Numbered from the stretch's first letter, positions 8,781 through 19,947 are shown. The stretch is DNA of 64,000 nucleotides from an uncultured delta proteobacterium (GCA_963712235.1 CAVQHC010000015.1:81007-145006), one strand, 5' to 3'. Notes: generated by a model not told the origin, from the letters alone. A program made the numbers and translations.

Positions 8781-11217
8781 GTGAAAACCCATGCCCTAAC
8801 CCCCTTCATTCTCTTCGCTTTCGCCGTTGCGCTGCCCGCGTGCCAGCAGGACAAATCCACTTCTGCCGGTGCGAGCTCCGCGTCGCTGATCTCGCCCCCG
8901 GCATCCTGCGGAAACGGAGATCCGACCTGCAACGCCACGGCCGATTTTCCCGTGCAGGCCGATCTCACGCACCTTCAATTCTTCAAATGTGCTCTTCTCC
9001 GCGACCGACGGCGCGCTCACGCTACAGGCGGGTAGCGGCAATTTGGTCGACACCGATGGCGATGGCGTGCCCGATCCGGCCGACGACTGCCCGGGGCCCG
9101 GCTGGAAGCTTCCCTGCGACGGTGACCCGAGCAACGATGGCATCTATCAGACCCTCTACTACAACAGCGATACCGACATCACCGTCCGCACTGACCTCGA
9201 CATCACGGGCACCATCGAGAGCGCTGATGCCTACATCCTGATGGACGCTACCGGTTCGATGGGCGGCGAGCAGGTGGAGCTGGTCAACGGCCTTACCTCC
9301 GGGACGCTCATCGCCGACCCGGTCGCATGTCCGGGCGGTGTCGGGACGGGCCTGATCGGCGCGCTGCGTTGCGCGGTTCCCGATCTCTGGCTGGGCGTCG
9401 GGGACTTCAAAGAGGTGTCGTATCTCCCGCACAACAACCGCTTCGACATGGCGCCGTATCATCACTATTTGGACATGACCGACAACGCCCAGCACGTGGC
9501 CGACGCGGTCTCGACATTCCGAGCCGACAACAACAAGGATTACCCGGAGGCGACTAGCCAGGCGCTCTACTCGGTCGTCACCGGGCAAGGCCTCGGAGAT
9601 TTGGTTCCCAATCGAGGCTCTTGTCCTTCGACACCCGCCGGGCGTTGGGGCTACCCTTGCTTCCGACCGACCACTCTTCCCATCATCGTCCTGATCACCG
9701 ATGCGGACATGTGGAACGGCCCGGTCAACAACGGCCACACCTACGGCGATCCGCCCTTTAACGGAACACTGGGTCTTGGGACTCGACTGCCGCCGGTCGA
9801 GCAGTCCCCGAACGTGCTCTACTCGAGCGATCCATTCTCGGCCTGGGATCTCGGTGACATGACCAATAGGTCGATGACCATCATGGGCAGCAACACCAAC
9901 CTCGGAAATGACGCGAAAACCTGGGACGAGGGGGCATGCCTTCAGTGCAGTGGGCCCGACTGCTGGACCGATGGGCGTGATGCATTCCTCAAATTCTCTC
10001 TCAGCAGCCCCAGGGACCTGTTCATTAGTGGCGAAGGGACGGCCTACCATACGACAAATACCGCCCTCTTCGATGCTGCACTTGCTGCCGTGAACTGCAA
10101 TCCGGGCCCCGGTGGCGGCGACTTTTGGGGGCGGTTCGCACAAACGGTGCCTGCAGGGGATTGGTACGCGGTGTCGGACGCTTCGGTTGGCCCAAGCAAT
10201 TCCGTTTGGCAAAGAAGAGGCAACTTCCAGCTTCGCATTCACAACCAGACCGCTGATCCGGGCGGTCACCCGAGCTGGCAGACGGCGGACCTACCGCTCA
10301 CGTGGACGGAGGTCGAAACCGAGCTCCTCGCAACCGGGGTGAAGTTCGTCAACGTCGTCAGTCCGAATGCGGCTGGCCTCATTGCGATTCCGGACGTGAC
10401 TCAGTTGGCCATCGACACGAATTCGCTCGACCAATTCGGCAATCCATTCATCGAGACGATCAACGCTGATGGTACCGGTCTCTCGACCGCGATTCTCGAC
10501 GCCATCCGTTCTTTGGTGGGGGACACCCGCCGCGACATCAGCCTCGTTCCAGAGGATGTCCTCGCAACCGTGGGCGTGGACGAAAGGGGCTTTGTAAAAG
10601 CGGTCACGGCGACCGCATGTCCGACCGCCGGCCTCAACAACTGCCTTGGGGGACAGGGAACCAACATCTGTCAGGGCTGCCTCCAGGACACTGAGATCGA
10701 GTTTTCATTCCGCCTGGGTAATGCCATCGTCGCACCGGCCGCAACTCCGCAGGTCTTCGACTTTGACATGGTCGCGTTTGCGGACGGCACGGTCGAGCTC
10801 GCCAGAATTCCCGTCCGCGTCATGGTGCCGGAGACGGGTGGCTCCTACGGTGCGGGCTTCTACGAGAACACGTACGATGCCGACGTCGTCTGTGAAATGC
10901 CGCCCGAGCGACCCGATTGGGGTGACCTGACTTGGACCGGATCCACACCCTCGGACAGCAGCGTCACGTTCGAGTTCTTCACGGCGGACACGATTGCGGA
11001 TCTCGACACCGTGATTCCGGTCTCGGTCACCTACGCCGATCCAACCGATGCGGCGCCAAAAATCTACGACGTTGGGACCCTGCTGATAGCCGGCGGAGAA
11101 CCCAATTACCGGCCGTACCTTCGGGTGCGCGCGAGACTCGAGGCGTCTACCGACACGTTCAGCACGCCGGTGTTTTCGGGCTGGTCGATGCAGTTCAACT
11201 GCGTGCCGCTCGACTAG
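8781..11217 (+). CDS. Large vWA-domain lipoprotein (one apparent +1 frameshift near 8970)
   Basis: AAGGAG RBS, lipobox LPAC; removing one base at about 8970 joins it to ORF 8989-11217; DTDGDGVPD Ca-binding motif; MIDAS-like ILMDATGSM; PEATSQAL; IVLITDAD. Confidence 0.75.
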
Positions 11218-13445
11218 CGGCTACCGCCTCGGACCAGTGTGAGCATCGGCTTGGGCGCGTAGCCAGCGAGGTAACCGCTCTCCTCGGCTACGTAGACCCA
11301 GCCGCGTTCGTCGACGCGCATCAGGTCGGGGACGAGGTCACAGGGCAGGCTGGCGGAGAGCTTCTGCCCGTCCGCGGGGCGCACCACGTGCACCGAAGAT
11401 GCAGGCACGAAGAGCGCGCCCCCTCGCAGCACGGGTTCGAGCCGGCGCGGAATTTCGTCCGCAAGCGCATCGGCGAGGTTCGTGTTCCAGCGGAGATTCC
11501 CCGAGCGCACGTCGAGCGCACTGAGCTGACCGAAGGGGGCGTTGACGATCCAGGTCTCGTCGAAGGTCAGGCCCGCTCCGCCGATGCCTAGGCCCGGGTC
11601 CTTGGTTTCCCAGAGAGACTCGCCGGTGCGCAGGCAGTGCGCGCCGAGCATCGCCTCCTCGCCGGCGATCGAAACCAGCGCGACGTTGGCGGCCACACAA
11701 GGGTCGGAGGTTGGCGGGCCCTGAAGCTCGCGCTTCCAGCGAGGTTGGCCGCTGTAGAGATCGATCGCGAAGAGAGCGCCCTCGCGCCGGCCCCGGGCGG
11801 CGGCTGCGATCACCGTTTCGCTGCTGATGAGTGGCTTGAACTGAAAACAGCCGCGCTCTGCGAAACGCCAAACGTCTTCACCAGTCGCGATATCGAGCGC
11901 GTGGATCGCGTCTTCCCCACAGGTGACCAGCAGTAGCCGGCCGACTTTCGACATGCGGAATTCGCCGCCGCTCCGCGACGCAAAGCGCCACCGTGGCTCA
12001 CCCGTCCGAACGTCGATCGCAACGAGCCGATGACTGCCTTCGGTCACTACGGCGACAGGGGGGATCTTGTCGCCACCGGCCATCAAGCCCATCGGAGGAC
12101 CGCCGATCCGCGGGCTGATATGGGTCGAACAATAAGGCTCGCCGTCCTCGACATCGCAGAGCTCGACCTCGCCGTCGGCCGAGAGCCGGATCAGGACCGA
12201 GCCAAACATCATGGTCGTCGACGCTGGACCGGGGCGCGCCCAGAGCACCTTGCCGTCGTCTCGCGAGACGGCGACCACGTGTGTCTGCGTCGCGATCACG
12301 AGTCGATCGCCGCACATGAAGACCGAGTTCGCGTCGAGCCCCTCGAGGCAAATCCGCCAGCGCTCGTCGAACTGAAGGGAAGGGAGAGTGCTCGGCGCCT
12401 TGGGTGGCTCGGTCTCGCCGTCGTGGTGCATGCGGAGGCGATCCGGATCGAGGTTGACGAAGCTGTCTGCGCTTCGGCGCGAGCGAATTTCCCTGCGGAG
12501 CGTGCGGACCTCCTGCCGGAGGGCACGGACTCGGAGGTTTCGACTCTGACCTCGGTCGGAGGCGACCAGGCTTCGAAGCAAATCGCTCGCAAGCTTGAGA
12601 ATGGGGAGTGCAGCCTCGGCGATCGTGAGTGAGGTCGCGGTCAGATCTCCCCGGCCGTCCGCGGAAAGCTCGACGCTGACGAGCTGGTGAGACGACTTTC
12701 GCAAGGCGATCTGGAAGCCGCCGGCGCGGAGACGTACGTGGGTGGGGCGCGCGCTGTCCCAGGAGTCGACGAGCGTTCGCACCGCAACGACCATCCGGTG
12801 GGCGGCCAGCATGATGGGGCCGCGCGCCAAGGAGAGTCGACGTCCTCGCACGAACGCCCAGAGATGTCCTTCAAAGAGAAGCGCGTGCACGTCTGCCCGC
12901 GCCGACCGTCCTTGGGAAGCGCCAGATGAAGGATAGACCGCAGCTTCGTATCCGAAGGCCAGCGGAACATGCTCGCCGGGCGCGTCGAGCTCGCCGCCGC
13001 GCTGGTTGATCGGCGATGCAAGGCCCTCGGGATCCGCGGCGATCTTCGTCGCAAGCGCTCGTTCGGCAACGCGGATCGCGATCTGACGCGCCGTGGGGTC
13101 GAGCTCCTGTCCTGCCATTTCGAGCATCGACTGCGCACAGGTGTCGAGGAGGCGCCGAATCGGGACTGCGCGATCCAGTTGGTAAACGACAGGCGCGCTC
13201 GCGGTGCCATAGCAGCTGACCAAGACGGAATCGCCGCGGCGAACCAAGGCGTACTCGACCGCTGCGGTCGCCAGCGGCAGGAGCACCTTGGGTTTGGAGC
13301 CGATCGCAAGCGTTGCTGCGGCCGCCGTCAGCTCCGCCAAGGCCGGAGTTTCCACATCGAGCTCCCCCTCGAGGAGAAGATGCTGAACACCGGAATCGGC
13401 ACGTTTTTGTGCCTGTGAAAGCGATTCATCCAAGTGGGCGACCAT
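11214..13445 (-). CDS. PQQ-like beta-propeller repeat protein with long uncharacterised N-terminal region
   Basis: C-terminal repeats AIDVRTGEPRW, ALDIATGEDVW, AIDLYSGQPRW, ALDVRSGNLRW; start taken at ATG 13445 to avoid overlap with the divergent gene. Confidence 0.75.
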   Translation of the reverse strand: MVAHLDESLSQAQKRADSGVQHLLLEGELDVETPALAELTAAAATLAIGSKPKVLLPLATAAVEYALVRRGDSVLVSCYGTASAPVVYQLDRAVPIRRLLDTCAQSMLEMAGQELDPTARQIAIRVAERALATKIAADPEGLASPINQRGGELDAPGEHVPLAFGYEAAVYPSSGASQGRSARADVHALLFEGHLWAFVRGRRLSLARGPIMLAAHRMVVAVRTLVDSWDSARPTHVRLRAGGFQIALRKSSHQLVSVELSADGRGDLTATSLTIAEAALPILKLASDLLRSLVASDRGQSRNLRVRALRQEVRTLRREIRSRRSADSFVNLDPDRLRMHHDGETEPPKAPSTLPSLQFDERWRICLEGLDANSVFMCGDRLVIATQTHVVAVSRDDGKVLWARPGPASTTMMFGSVLIRLSADGEVELCDVEDGEPYCSTHISPRIGGPPMGLMAGGDKIPPVAVVTEGSHRLVAIDVRTGEPRWRFASRSGGEFRMSKVGRLLLVTCGEDAIHALDIATGEDVWRFAERGCFQFKPLISSETVIAAAARGRREGALFAIDLYSGQPRWKRELQGPPTSDPCVAANVALVSIAGEEAMLGAHCLRTGESLWETKDPGLGIGGAGLTFDETWIVNAPFGQLSALDVRSGNLRWNTNLADALADEIPRRLEPVLRGGALFVPASSVHVVRPADGQKLSASLPCDLVPDLMRVDERGWVYVAEESGYLAGYAPKPMLTLVRGGSR

Positions 13446-13548
13446 GTTCTTTTTCCAACGCGAGCTGGAAGGAAAATGGTACTTGCTGCGTTCGATTTGG
13501 ATCCAAAAAAAGGCGTGTTCGCCCATATATTGACAGCGGGTGACGGCG

Positions 13549-13959
13549 ATGGGCGAAGAAGCAAGACAATGGGTTGCCGTGACGGTTCTCGTGTTTGGCC
13601 AGGGCCGAATGCTGTCCATGCGTCGCGCGGCCAGCCAAGAGGCCGGGCCGGGGCTTTGGGAAGGCGTGTCCGGTCGCGTTCAGTCGGGTGAGGATCCGAT
13701 CGCCGCGGCGCGCCGTGAAGTGCTAGAGGAAACCGGCCTGCGGGTCGTGATTCGATCGCGCCCGGTGACCGCGTATGCAGCGCTTCGTTGCGGCGAGCCA
13801 ATGACGGTGATTGTGTTCGCAGCCGAGCACGAGGGCGGCGAGGTGCGGCTCTCGGAAGAGCACGATGCCTATCGCTGGTGCGAGCTGGAGGAGCTCAGTC
13901 AACTCGGAGTGCCGACGCAGCTCGTCCAGGCGGCGCGTGTTGCATGGCTCGAATGCTAG
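13549..13959 (+). CDS. NUDIX hydrolase
   Basis: Nudix box GRVQSGEDPIAAARREVLEETGL; SEEHDAYRW. Confidence 0.9.
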   Translation: MGEEARQWVAVTVLVFGQGRMLSMRRAASQEAGPGLWEGVSGRVQSGEDPIAAARREVLEETGLRVVIRSRPVTAYAALRCGEPMTVIVFAAEHEGGEVRLSEEHDAYRWCELEELSQLGVPTQLVQAARVAWLEC

Positions 13960-15095
13960 CAACGCTATCCCCGAGCAGGTGGCGCAGCGCGGTCGTGAAC
14001 CACTCCGCCGAGTGGTGGACCGACAGGTAGCGGCGGGCGCGATCGCGAAGCACGCTCGCGGCGCGGTCGTCTTCAAACAGGCTTTCGGCGGCGGCGGCCA
14101 GTGCCCCTGGGTCGTCATCGGACACGACGCGGCACACGCCCCGCAGCGGAAGCCCCGCGGTAGCGCGCCGCATCGCGACGACGGGGAGGTCGCGCGCGAA
14201 CGCGTCGAGCATCTTGATCGGCAGGCCCCCCTCGGTGCGTCTGGGCACCCAGGCGACGTCACTCGCCGCGTGCGCCAGCATTCGGGCGCGCTCCGAATCC
14301 AAGCCCGACAAACCGGACGGAATCCGCAAGCCCCAGGCGCTCCGCCTGCTGTCGAGCGGGAGCAGGGTCCGACGCGGTGGCGACGAGCAGTCGGGCGTTT
14401 CGATGGCTCCGTCCCAGCACCGAAATCGCTTCGAGGAGGTGTTCCCAGCCCTGGTACGGATCGAGGTTACCTGCGTACAAGCAGACCTGCGCATCAGTCG
14501 CGATGCCGAGCGCCAGCCGAGCTTCGTTTCGTGTCACGCGATCGGAGACAGCCGACGCTGACCAGGGGACCGGCACGTACCGCGCGCCTTCGCCCAGGAG
14601 CTTGGCAAGCGCAGGGGCGACCGCAGCAACCCCAGCCGCCCGTTCGCACACTTGCTTCTCCAATCGCCGCGCGATCGAGCGGATCGTTCGCGCAGGGACC
14701 CGAGATATGTAGACGGGCAGCTCTCGCTCGAGCGAGGTATGCGCAATGTAGTAAACAGGAGCGACCCGCGCGGCGAGCGCCGCGATCGCGGCCTCGATGT
14801 GATGGGCAATGATCGCGCTAGGCTGAAGCCGGCGCGCCAGGCGGCGGGTCTCGACGATGCAACGAACGTCGAGCGCGACTTTGCCCCAGGACGGCCCGGA
14901 GCGAACGGAGCGCACCTTGGGGAAGTTGGGCATGCGATGAATTTCGTACGGCGCGTCGAGCTCGTACGCTGCGTGCGCATAGGTGAGCAGCTGGCTTGGC
15001 CGACCCACGCGCGTGGACGCCTCCAGCATGGAGGCGATCGCAGCTTGCGTGCCTTGATGGGTGGGGAATGGAAGGCAGGCGACGTGCAGAATCAT
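13895..15095 (-). CDS. Glycosyltransferase family 4 (apparent frameshift near 14305)
   Basis: N-part 14259-15095 (LYAGNLDPYQG) joins C-part 13895-14300 (ASDVAWVPRRTEGGLPIKMLDAFARDLPVV); extra G in a GGG run. Confidence 0.75.
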
Positions 15096-16816
15096 TCGAT
15101 GTAGCCCAGCGCGCGGAGTCGAGATTCGACGAGCGCTTCATTTCGCGGCGTGCGAGGCGCGCGCGGGCGAGGCGCTGGGAGCGCGGCCGCCGGAACCTGG
15201 CCTTCGTCATGGAGCGCTTCCCAGAGAACCCGACCCATGAACGAGGAGGGCACCGATAGGCCCAGACGGCGGAGCAGAGTCGCGCTCAGGTCCGCGATAT
15301 GGGCGTCGACGCGGCCTACGGGCTTCACGCTCGGCCCGGCCAGCGCCATGAATCCGTGCGAACGATGGCTCCCGGGCAGGCTTCGACCTTTCTTACCGAG
15401 CTTCTCGTGCTCGGCGAGCTTGCGGAAAGCGCTTCCGGTGAACGCGTGCCCCGCAAAACGGCTTTGACGCCACGGGGCTGCGCTCGCCCCATATTGGGGC
15501 TCGCTTGGCATCAGGTTGTAAGAGTAGCCGTCGTCGAGGTCGAGATCGACCAGCAGGTCGGGGGCGCGCTCCAAGTGCGGGCCTTCGAAGATCTCCTCGC
15601 GGGGAATCAAATCGCGAAACACCGGCTTACCGCTCCAGGGATCGCGGGTCTCGAGCAAGGAAGCTCGAATGCGGAGAATGATTTCGCGCTTCTGATCGGC
15701 TGGGACGATGCCGCGCGGCTCCCGCCCGGCCAAGTTGAGGTGGATCCCGGGGAAGTAGTTCAGCTCATCGCTGAACGCGACCGTGTTGGCCATGTCGATG
15801 GCTCCGAAGCGCACATTCGACTCCAAGCGGCTTGGGAGCCAGGCGTTGCCTAGGCGAAACAATTGCTCCCGAAGATATGGCGGAAACCGGCGCAAGGCGA
15901 TTTCCTTCAAGCCGGCCCCGCCGCGACCCCGGCGCGCCCGAAAGCGCAACAAGCTGTGCTGCGCCAGGAGCCGATTGAGGTACAGCACCTTGTCCGACGA
16001 GCCGCCGGAGCCGTGGTCGCTGAGCACGGTCACCTCCGCTTCAGCCCCGCCTGCCGCTGCGCTGAGCGAGCCGACCGCTTGGTCGAGCGCTTCGTAGACC
16101 CGTTGAAGACCTTGGCGCTGCTCGACCGAAACATCGGCGGGCCTGCGCGGCGAATTGGGGTCGTGCTGCGCCCACAGATAGTGAGACGCGGTGTCGCTTT
16201 CGCCAAAGTAGAGCGCGAAGACGTCCCAATCCTGCCGATCGAGGAGCCATCGCGCCCAGTCGGCTTTCCGTCCGACCCGGCTCACCAGGGCGGCAGGCAG
16301 CCGCTCGGTCCAACCCGGCGCGTCGGCGTGGAACTCATCGACATCGTCGAAGGACGGAGCTCCAAATCTATCCACCGTTTCGTCGTATAGCGAAGGCGGC
16401 CACATGAACGATCGGTCCGCCTCGAATGCAACCGGGGCATCCCAGCCGCTCACGAAGACCCCGTGCTCGAGCCTTTCTGGCGGCCAGGTTCCAGGAAAGC
16501 TGAGGCAGGCACAGCGAAGCCCGAGCTGGTCGAGCTGCGCGAAGAGGGTCGGCGCCTCGCGGACCGTCCCCGCGGTGAACCGAACTTGGTAACCCTTTCG
16601 CGTCGTGAAATCGAAAACGCCGTGCCGAGCTGGGTCGACCCCGGTCAGAAACGTGGTCCAGTTGGGCAGCGTGGCAGGCGGTTGGACGGACTCGAGCGCA
16701 GCAAACGCCCCCCGAAACATCAGCGCGTGAAGATTCGGCAAACGCCCTGCGCCGAATTGCTCGACGAGCCCAAGATCGAGCCCGTCCAACCCGAGCACCA
16801 ACGCCTTCGCCCCCAC
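15092..16816 (-). CDS. Alkaline-phosphatase-superfamily nucleotide pyrophosphatase/phosphodiesterase
   Basis: LGLDGL, PPATLPNW (catalytic Thr), TGVDPARHGVFDF, DTASH, LSDHG, GSHRSHG. Confidence 0.85.
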   Translation of the reverse strand: MGAKALVLGLDGLDLGLVEQFGAGRLPNLHALMFRGAFAALESVQPPATLPNWTTFLTGVDPARHGVFDFTTRKGYQVRFTAGTVREAPTLFAQLDQLGLRCACLSFPGTWPPERLEHGVFVSGWDAPVAFEADRSFMWPPSLYDETVDRFGAPSFDDVDEFHADAPGWTERLPAALVSRVGRKADWARWLLDRQDWDVFALYFGESDTASHYLWAQHDPNSPRRPADVSVEQRQGLQRVYEALDQAVGSLSAAAGGAEAEVTVLSDHGSGGSSDKVLYLNRLLAQHSLLRFRARRGRGGAGLKEIALRRFPPYLREQLFRLGNAWLPSRLESNVRFGAIDMANTVAFSDELNYFPGIHLNLAGREPRGIVPADQKREIILRIRASLLETRDPWSGKPVFRDLIPREEIFEGPHLERAPDLLVDLDLDDGYSYNLMPSEPQYGASAAPWRQSRFAGHAFTGSAFRKLAEHEKLGKKGRSLPGSHRSHGFMALAGPSVKPVGRVDAHIADLSATLLRRLGLSVPSSFMGRVLWEALHDEGQVPAAALPAPRPRAPRTPRNEALVESRLRALGYIE

Positions 16817-16848
16817 GGACCGGAGCCTAGCGCGTCATGCCGTCGCCG

Positions 16849-18231
16849 TCACAGCGTCCAGTTCCGACCCAGGATCCCAGGCGGCCGTGCAAGCCCAAAC
16901 GCCCCCAAGATCGTCGGCGTCACATCGTAGATCTCGGCTCCCTCGACGAATCCACGCGCCGGCGTCCCGCCCCCGCTCATGACGAGGATACCGTCCCAAT
17001 CGTGGTTGCAACCGTCGGGGCCGCTGTCGTTTTCTTCCACCACGATGCGGCCACCTCCGACCGATCCGATCGCGCGCAACCTCAGCCCGTCGAAGTAGAC
17101 CATCAGGTCAGGCGGGAAACCGCGGGCTTGCCGATAGTATTCTTCGGGCGCTCGGACTAGGACGGGGACACGTTCACCTCGATCATCGCGCGCGTACCCG
17201 AGCTCCCGGCGGAGCTCATCGCGCACTGCGTGAACTTGGCTCGGCGCGACGATTCCATCGGGTTCACGCCCCGCGACGTTGAGAAAGACTCTCGCGTAGT
17301 AGCCTCCCTCTGCCCAAGCCGTCGTCCGCTGCCAATCGACGAGCGTATGATCGAGCGGGACGGATGTGGAAGGCGGCTCTCGAAGGCTCAGGTACCCCTT
17401 GCGGATCAGCCATTCGTTGATGCAGAAGCCGCCGTGCATCGCGCGGGCTCCGTGGTCGCTGACGACCATGATCGCGGTGTCTTCGTCGGCCGCGGCGCAG
17501 AGCCGCCCGATTCGCGCGTCCAACAGGCCATAGTACTCGCGGCCGAGGCTCTTCCATGGGTTGGTGTCTTCATGGCGTGGGTGCTCGGGATCGATGTGAC
17601 GCCAGAATGCATGGTGAAAACGATCGACACCAATCTCCACGATCATCAGGAAGTCCGGCTGCTTGGTCCTCCAGACCTGCTCCGCAATATCGAAGTGCTG
17701 CTCGGTCATTGTGACGATGTCCCGGTAGATGCGGTCGAGATCCTCGGAGCGAAAGTTCTCGACGTCTGCGCGGTAGGGACCCACGCGCTCGGTGAGCTCG
17801 CCTTCGAGCTCGCGCGGAAAGCACCAGGGAGAATCGCCCCCCGGCCACATGAAGCCGGACACCATCTGACCGCGCACCGGTCGAGGGGGCGAGGTCAGCG
17901 GCACGAAGAGCGGGGCGACGCGAAAGCCTTGCTCGCCCAGCCAGTCCCAGACGCGTTTCACGTGAACGTCGCCTCCATCGGCCAAACGCAGTCGCGTTTC
18001 GTGAGGAACGCGATTTCTGAATCCGTACAGGCCCAACTCCCCCGCGTCGCGTCCCGAGAGCATGCACGTCCACGCGGGCACCGTGATCGGAGGCTCCGAG
18101 CTCCGAAGGTTTCCCCATGTTCCGCTGTCCATGAGGGCGGAGACGTTTGGCATCGTGTCGCGATAGCGGTCGAACACCAGGCGAGGCGCCGCGCAGTCGA
18201 GTCCGATCACGATCATTCGCTTCGCGCCCAT
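16849..18231 (-). CDS. Alkaline-phosphatase-superfamily nucleotide pyrophosphatase/phosphodiesterase (paralog)
   Basis: IGLDCA, PPITVPAW, DRFHH, VSDHG, GPDGCNHDWDG. Confidence 0.85.
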   Translation of the reverse strand: MGAKRMIVIGLDCAAPRLVFDRYRDTMPNVSALMDSGTWGNLRSSEPPITVPAWTCMLSGRDAGELGLYGFRNRVPHETRLRLADGGDVHVKRVWDWLGEQGFRVAPLFVPLTSPPRPVRGQMVSGFMWPGGDSPWCFPRELEGELTERVGPYRADVENFRSEDLDRIYRDIVTMTEQHFDIAEQVWRTKQPDFLMIVEIGVDRFHHAFWRHIDPEHPRHEDTNPWKSLGREYYGLLDARIGRLCAAADEDTAIMVVSDHGARAMHGGFCINEWLIRKGYLSLREPPSTSVPLDHTLVDWQRTTAWAEGGYYARVFLNVAGREPDGIVAPSQVHAVRDELRRELGYARDDRGERVPVLVRAPEEYYRQARGFPPDLMVYFDGLRLRAIGSVGGGRIVVEENDSGPDGCNHDWDGILVMSGGGTPARGFVEGAEIYDVTPTILGAFGLARPPGILGRNWTL

Positions 18232-18270
18232 CCGTCCCTCTTAGCCCCTCGGTGCGACCGGGGCCCTCCA

Positions 18271-19947
18271 TCATCGAGGGTCGAGGATATCCGCAGCTTC
18301 GTAGATCGTGCGCTCGAGGTGATTCAGGTCAAAAGGCTTTTCAATTCGGAGGTTTGGAACGCTCTGAAGAAAATCTCTGGCCCGCTGAGTGAATGCTCCA
18401 CCCGTCATGAAGACGATGCGCTCGTGGACGGGTGTCGCCCGCTGCAGGGCCGCACGATAGACGTCCATGCCTGTCATCTCGGGCATGATCAGGTCACAGA
18501 GGATCACATCGTATGCGTGCTGCCCCATCAATCCGACCGCTTCGCGGCCGTCGTTGGCGGTGGTCACATCGTGTTTGACCAGCGCCTTTTGAATCAGTCG
18601 CGCGATCACCGGCTCGTCGTCGACGACCAGGAGCGACAGCTTGCCCCGGGTCGCGCGCCGAACCGCGCTCATCGACGTCGGTGGAATGGAGAGCGGGCGT
18701 CGTGCGCGGGGCGCCTTCGGCAAGACCACGCGAGCGACGGTGCCTTGTCCGGGGTGACTCTGAATCTCGATCGTTCCTTCGAGAGAATGCACGATGCGGC
18801 GACAGATCGAAAGCCCGAGACCGGTTCCACGTCCGGCAGGCTTGGTCGTTACGAAAGGGTCGAAGATTCTTCGCAGCAGTTGCGAAGGAATTCCGGGTCC
18901 GGTGTCCTGCACTTCTACGCAGACGCGATCTTCCTCGGTGCTCCGCGCTCGTATCGTCACGGCATTTTGCCCTCGGTCCCCGGGTTCGATGGCCTGAGCC
19001 GCATTGACGATCAAATTCAAGAACACCTGACCAAGGCGCGTCCTCGGCCCTCGGATGTACAGGTTGCCTGCCTCGTATTCCCGGATGATCGTCGCACGGT
19101 GTTGGATCTCGGGCTGCGCCATCCGAATTGCGGAATCGAGCACCTCCTGAAGCTTGACCGTCTCGGTTTCAACGCTTTCGCCGCTGTGCGATAAATGCGT
19201 GATTTCATTTGCGATGATACGAATTCGCTCCGAGCCTTCGTAGGCTTCGCGGACCAGCTCCGAGGCTTCGGGGGACAGAGGCTCGGCCGAATCACGGAGC
19301 GAACGCAGATGGTTCCATACGAAGGTGAGGGGGTTTTTCACCTCATGAATGATGCTCGCGGTGAGCGTTCCGATAGCGGACATGCGCTCGGCCAACATGA
19401 GTCGTTGCTCGAGCTCGTGCTCCGCGGTCATGTCGGTTACGGAAACGAGTGCTCGCTCGAAGTGCCCGTTCTCGTTTTCGATGAACCGCCAGTGGACGCG
19501 GACATCTCTCGGCTCGCGTGAGCAGGTCATGATCGCCGTTTCTAGATGGACGTCGTGCTCGTTTCGGAAGGCGGCCATCAAGATGCGCAGGAAGTCAGCC
19601 TTCGACTCAGCGGTTAGAAGCTCTCGCGACCGACGGATGCACTCCTCCTCGCTAGATGCACCCACCAGCGATATGGCTCCGGCGCTCACCCGATGAATCT
19701 GTATTCGCTCCAGACATTCGCCGAGAGCGTCGGGGTTGTTTCGCACCAGCTGCTTGAACCCGTCGGCGTCGCGGCATCCCCGTTCCTCAATCCATTCGAG
19801 AGGCCCGCGGAAGTTCAAGTCCCAAACTGCGCTTGGAAGGAACTCCCAGACGCGTTCATCACGCTCGTGCGCTGGCTCTTTCGATGGACGGATGAGACGA
19901 ACCATGGGCTTGCGGGCAGGGGCTTTCAGCTGAAACGAAACCGGCAT
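18271..19947 (-). CDS. Cytoplasmic hybrid sensor histidine kinase (PAS-like, HisKA, HATPase, REC)
   Basis: H-box IIHEVKNPL; N-box QVFLNLIVNA; DTGPG, FDPFVTTK, GTGLGL; C-terminal REC (VVDDE...ILCDLIMP...KPF). Confidence 0.9.
   Translation of the reverse strand: MPVSFQLKAPARKPMVRLIRPSKEPAHERDERVWEFLPSAVWDLNFRGPLEWIEERGCRDADGFKQLVRNNPDALGECLERIQIHRVSAGAISLVGASSEEECIRRSRELLTAESKADFLRILMAAFRNEHDVHLETAIMTCSREPRDVRVHWRFIENENGHFERALVSVTDMTAEHELEQRLMLAERMSAIGTLTASIIHEVKNPLTFVWNHLRSLRDSAEPLSPEASELVREAYEGSERIRIIANEITHLSHSGESVETETVKLQEVLDSAIRMAQPEIQHRATIIREYEAGNLYIRGPRTRLGQVFLNLIVNAAQAIEPGDRGQNAVTIRARSTEEDRVCVEVQDTGPGIPSQLLRRIFDPFVTTKPAGRGTGLGLSICRRIVHSLEGTIEIQSHPGQGTVARVVLPKAPRARRPLSIPPTSMSAVRRATRGKLSLLVVDDEPVIARLIQKALVKHDVTTANDGREAVGLMGQHAYDVILCDLIMPEMTGMDVYRAALQRATPVHERIVFMTGGAFTQRARDFLQSVPNLRIEKPFDLNHLERTIYEAADILDPR

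Noticed and set aside
17230-19194. Long antisense ORFs (654 aa here; also 1313-2839, 34140-35699, 56081-57814)
   Set aside because: Shadow ORFs opposite well-supported genes, expected from high-GC codon bias; no motifs
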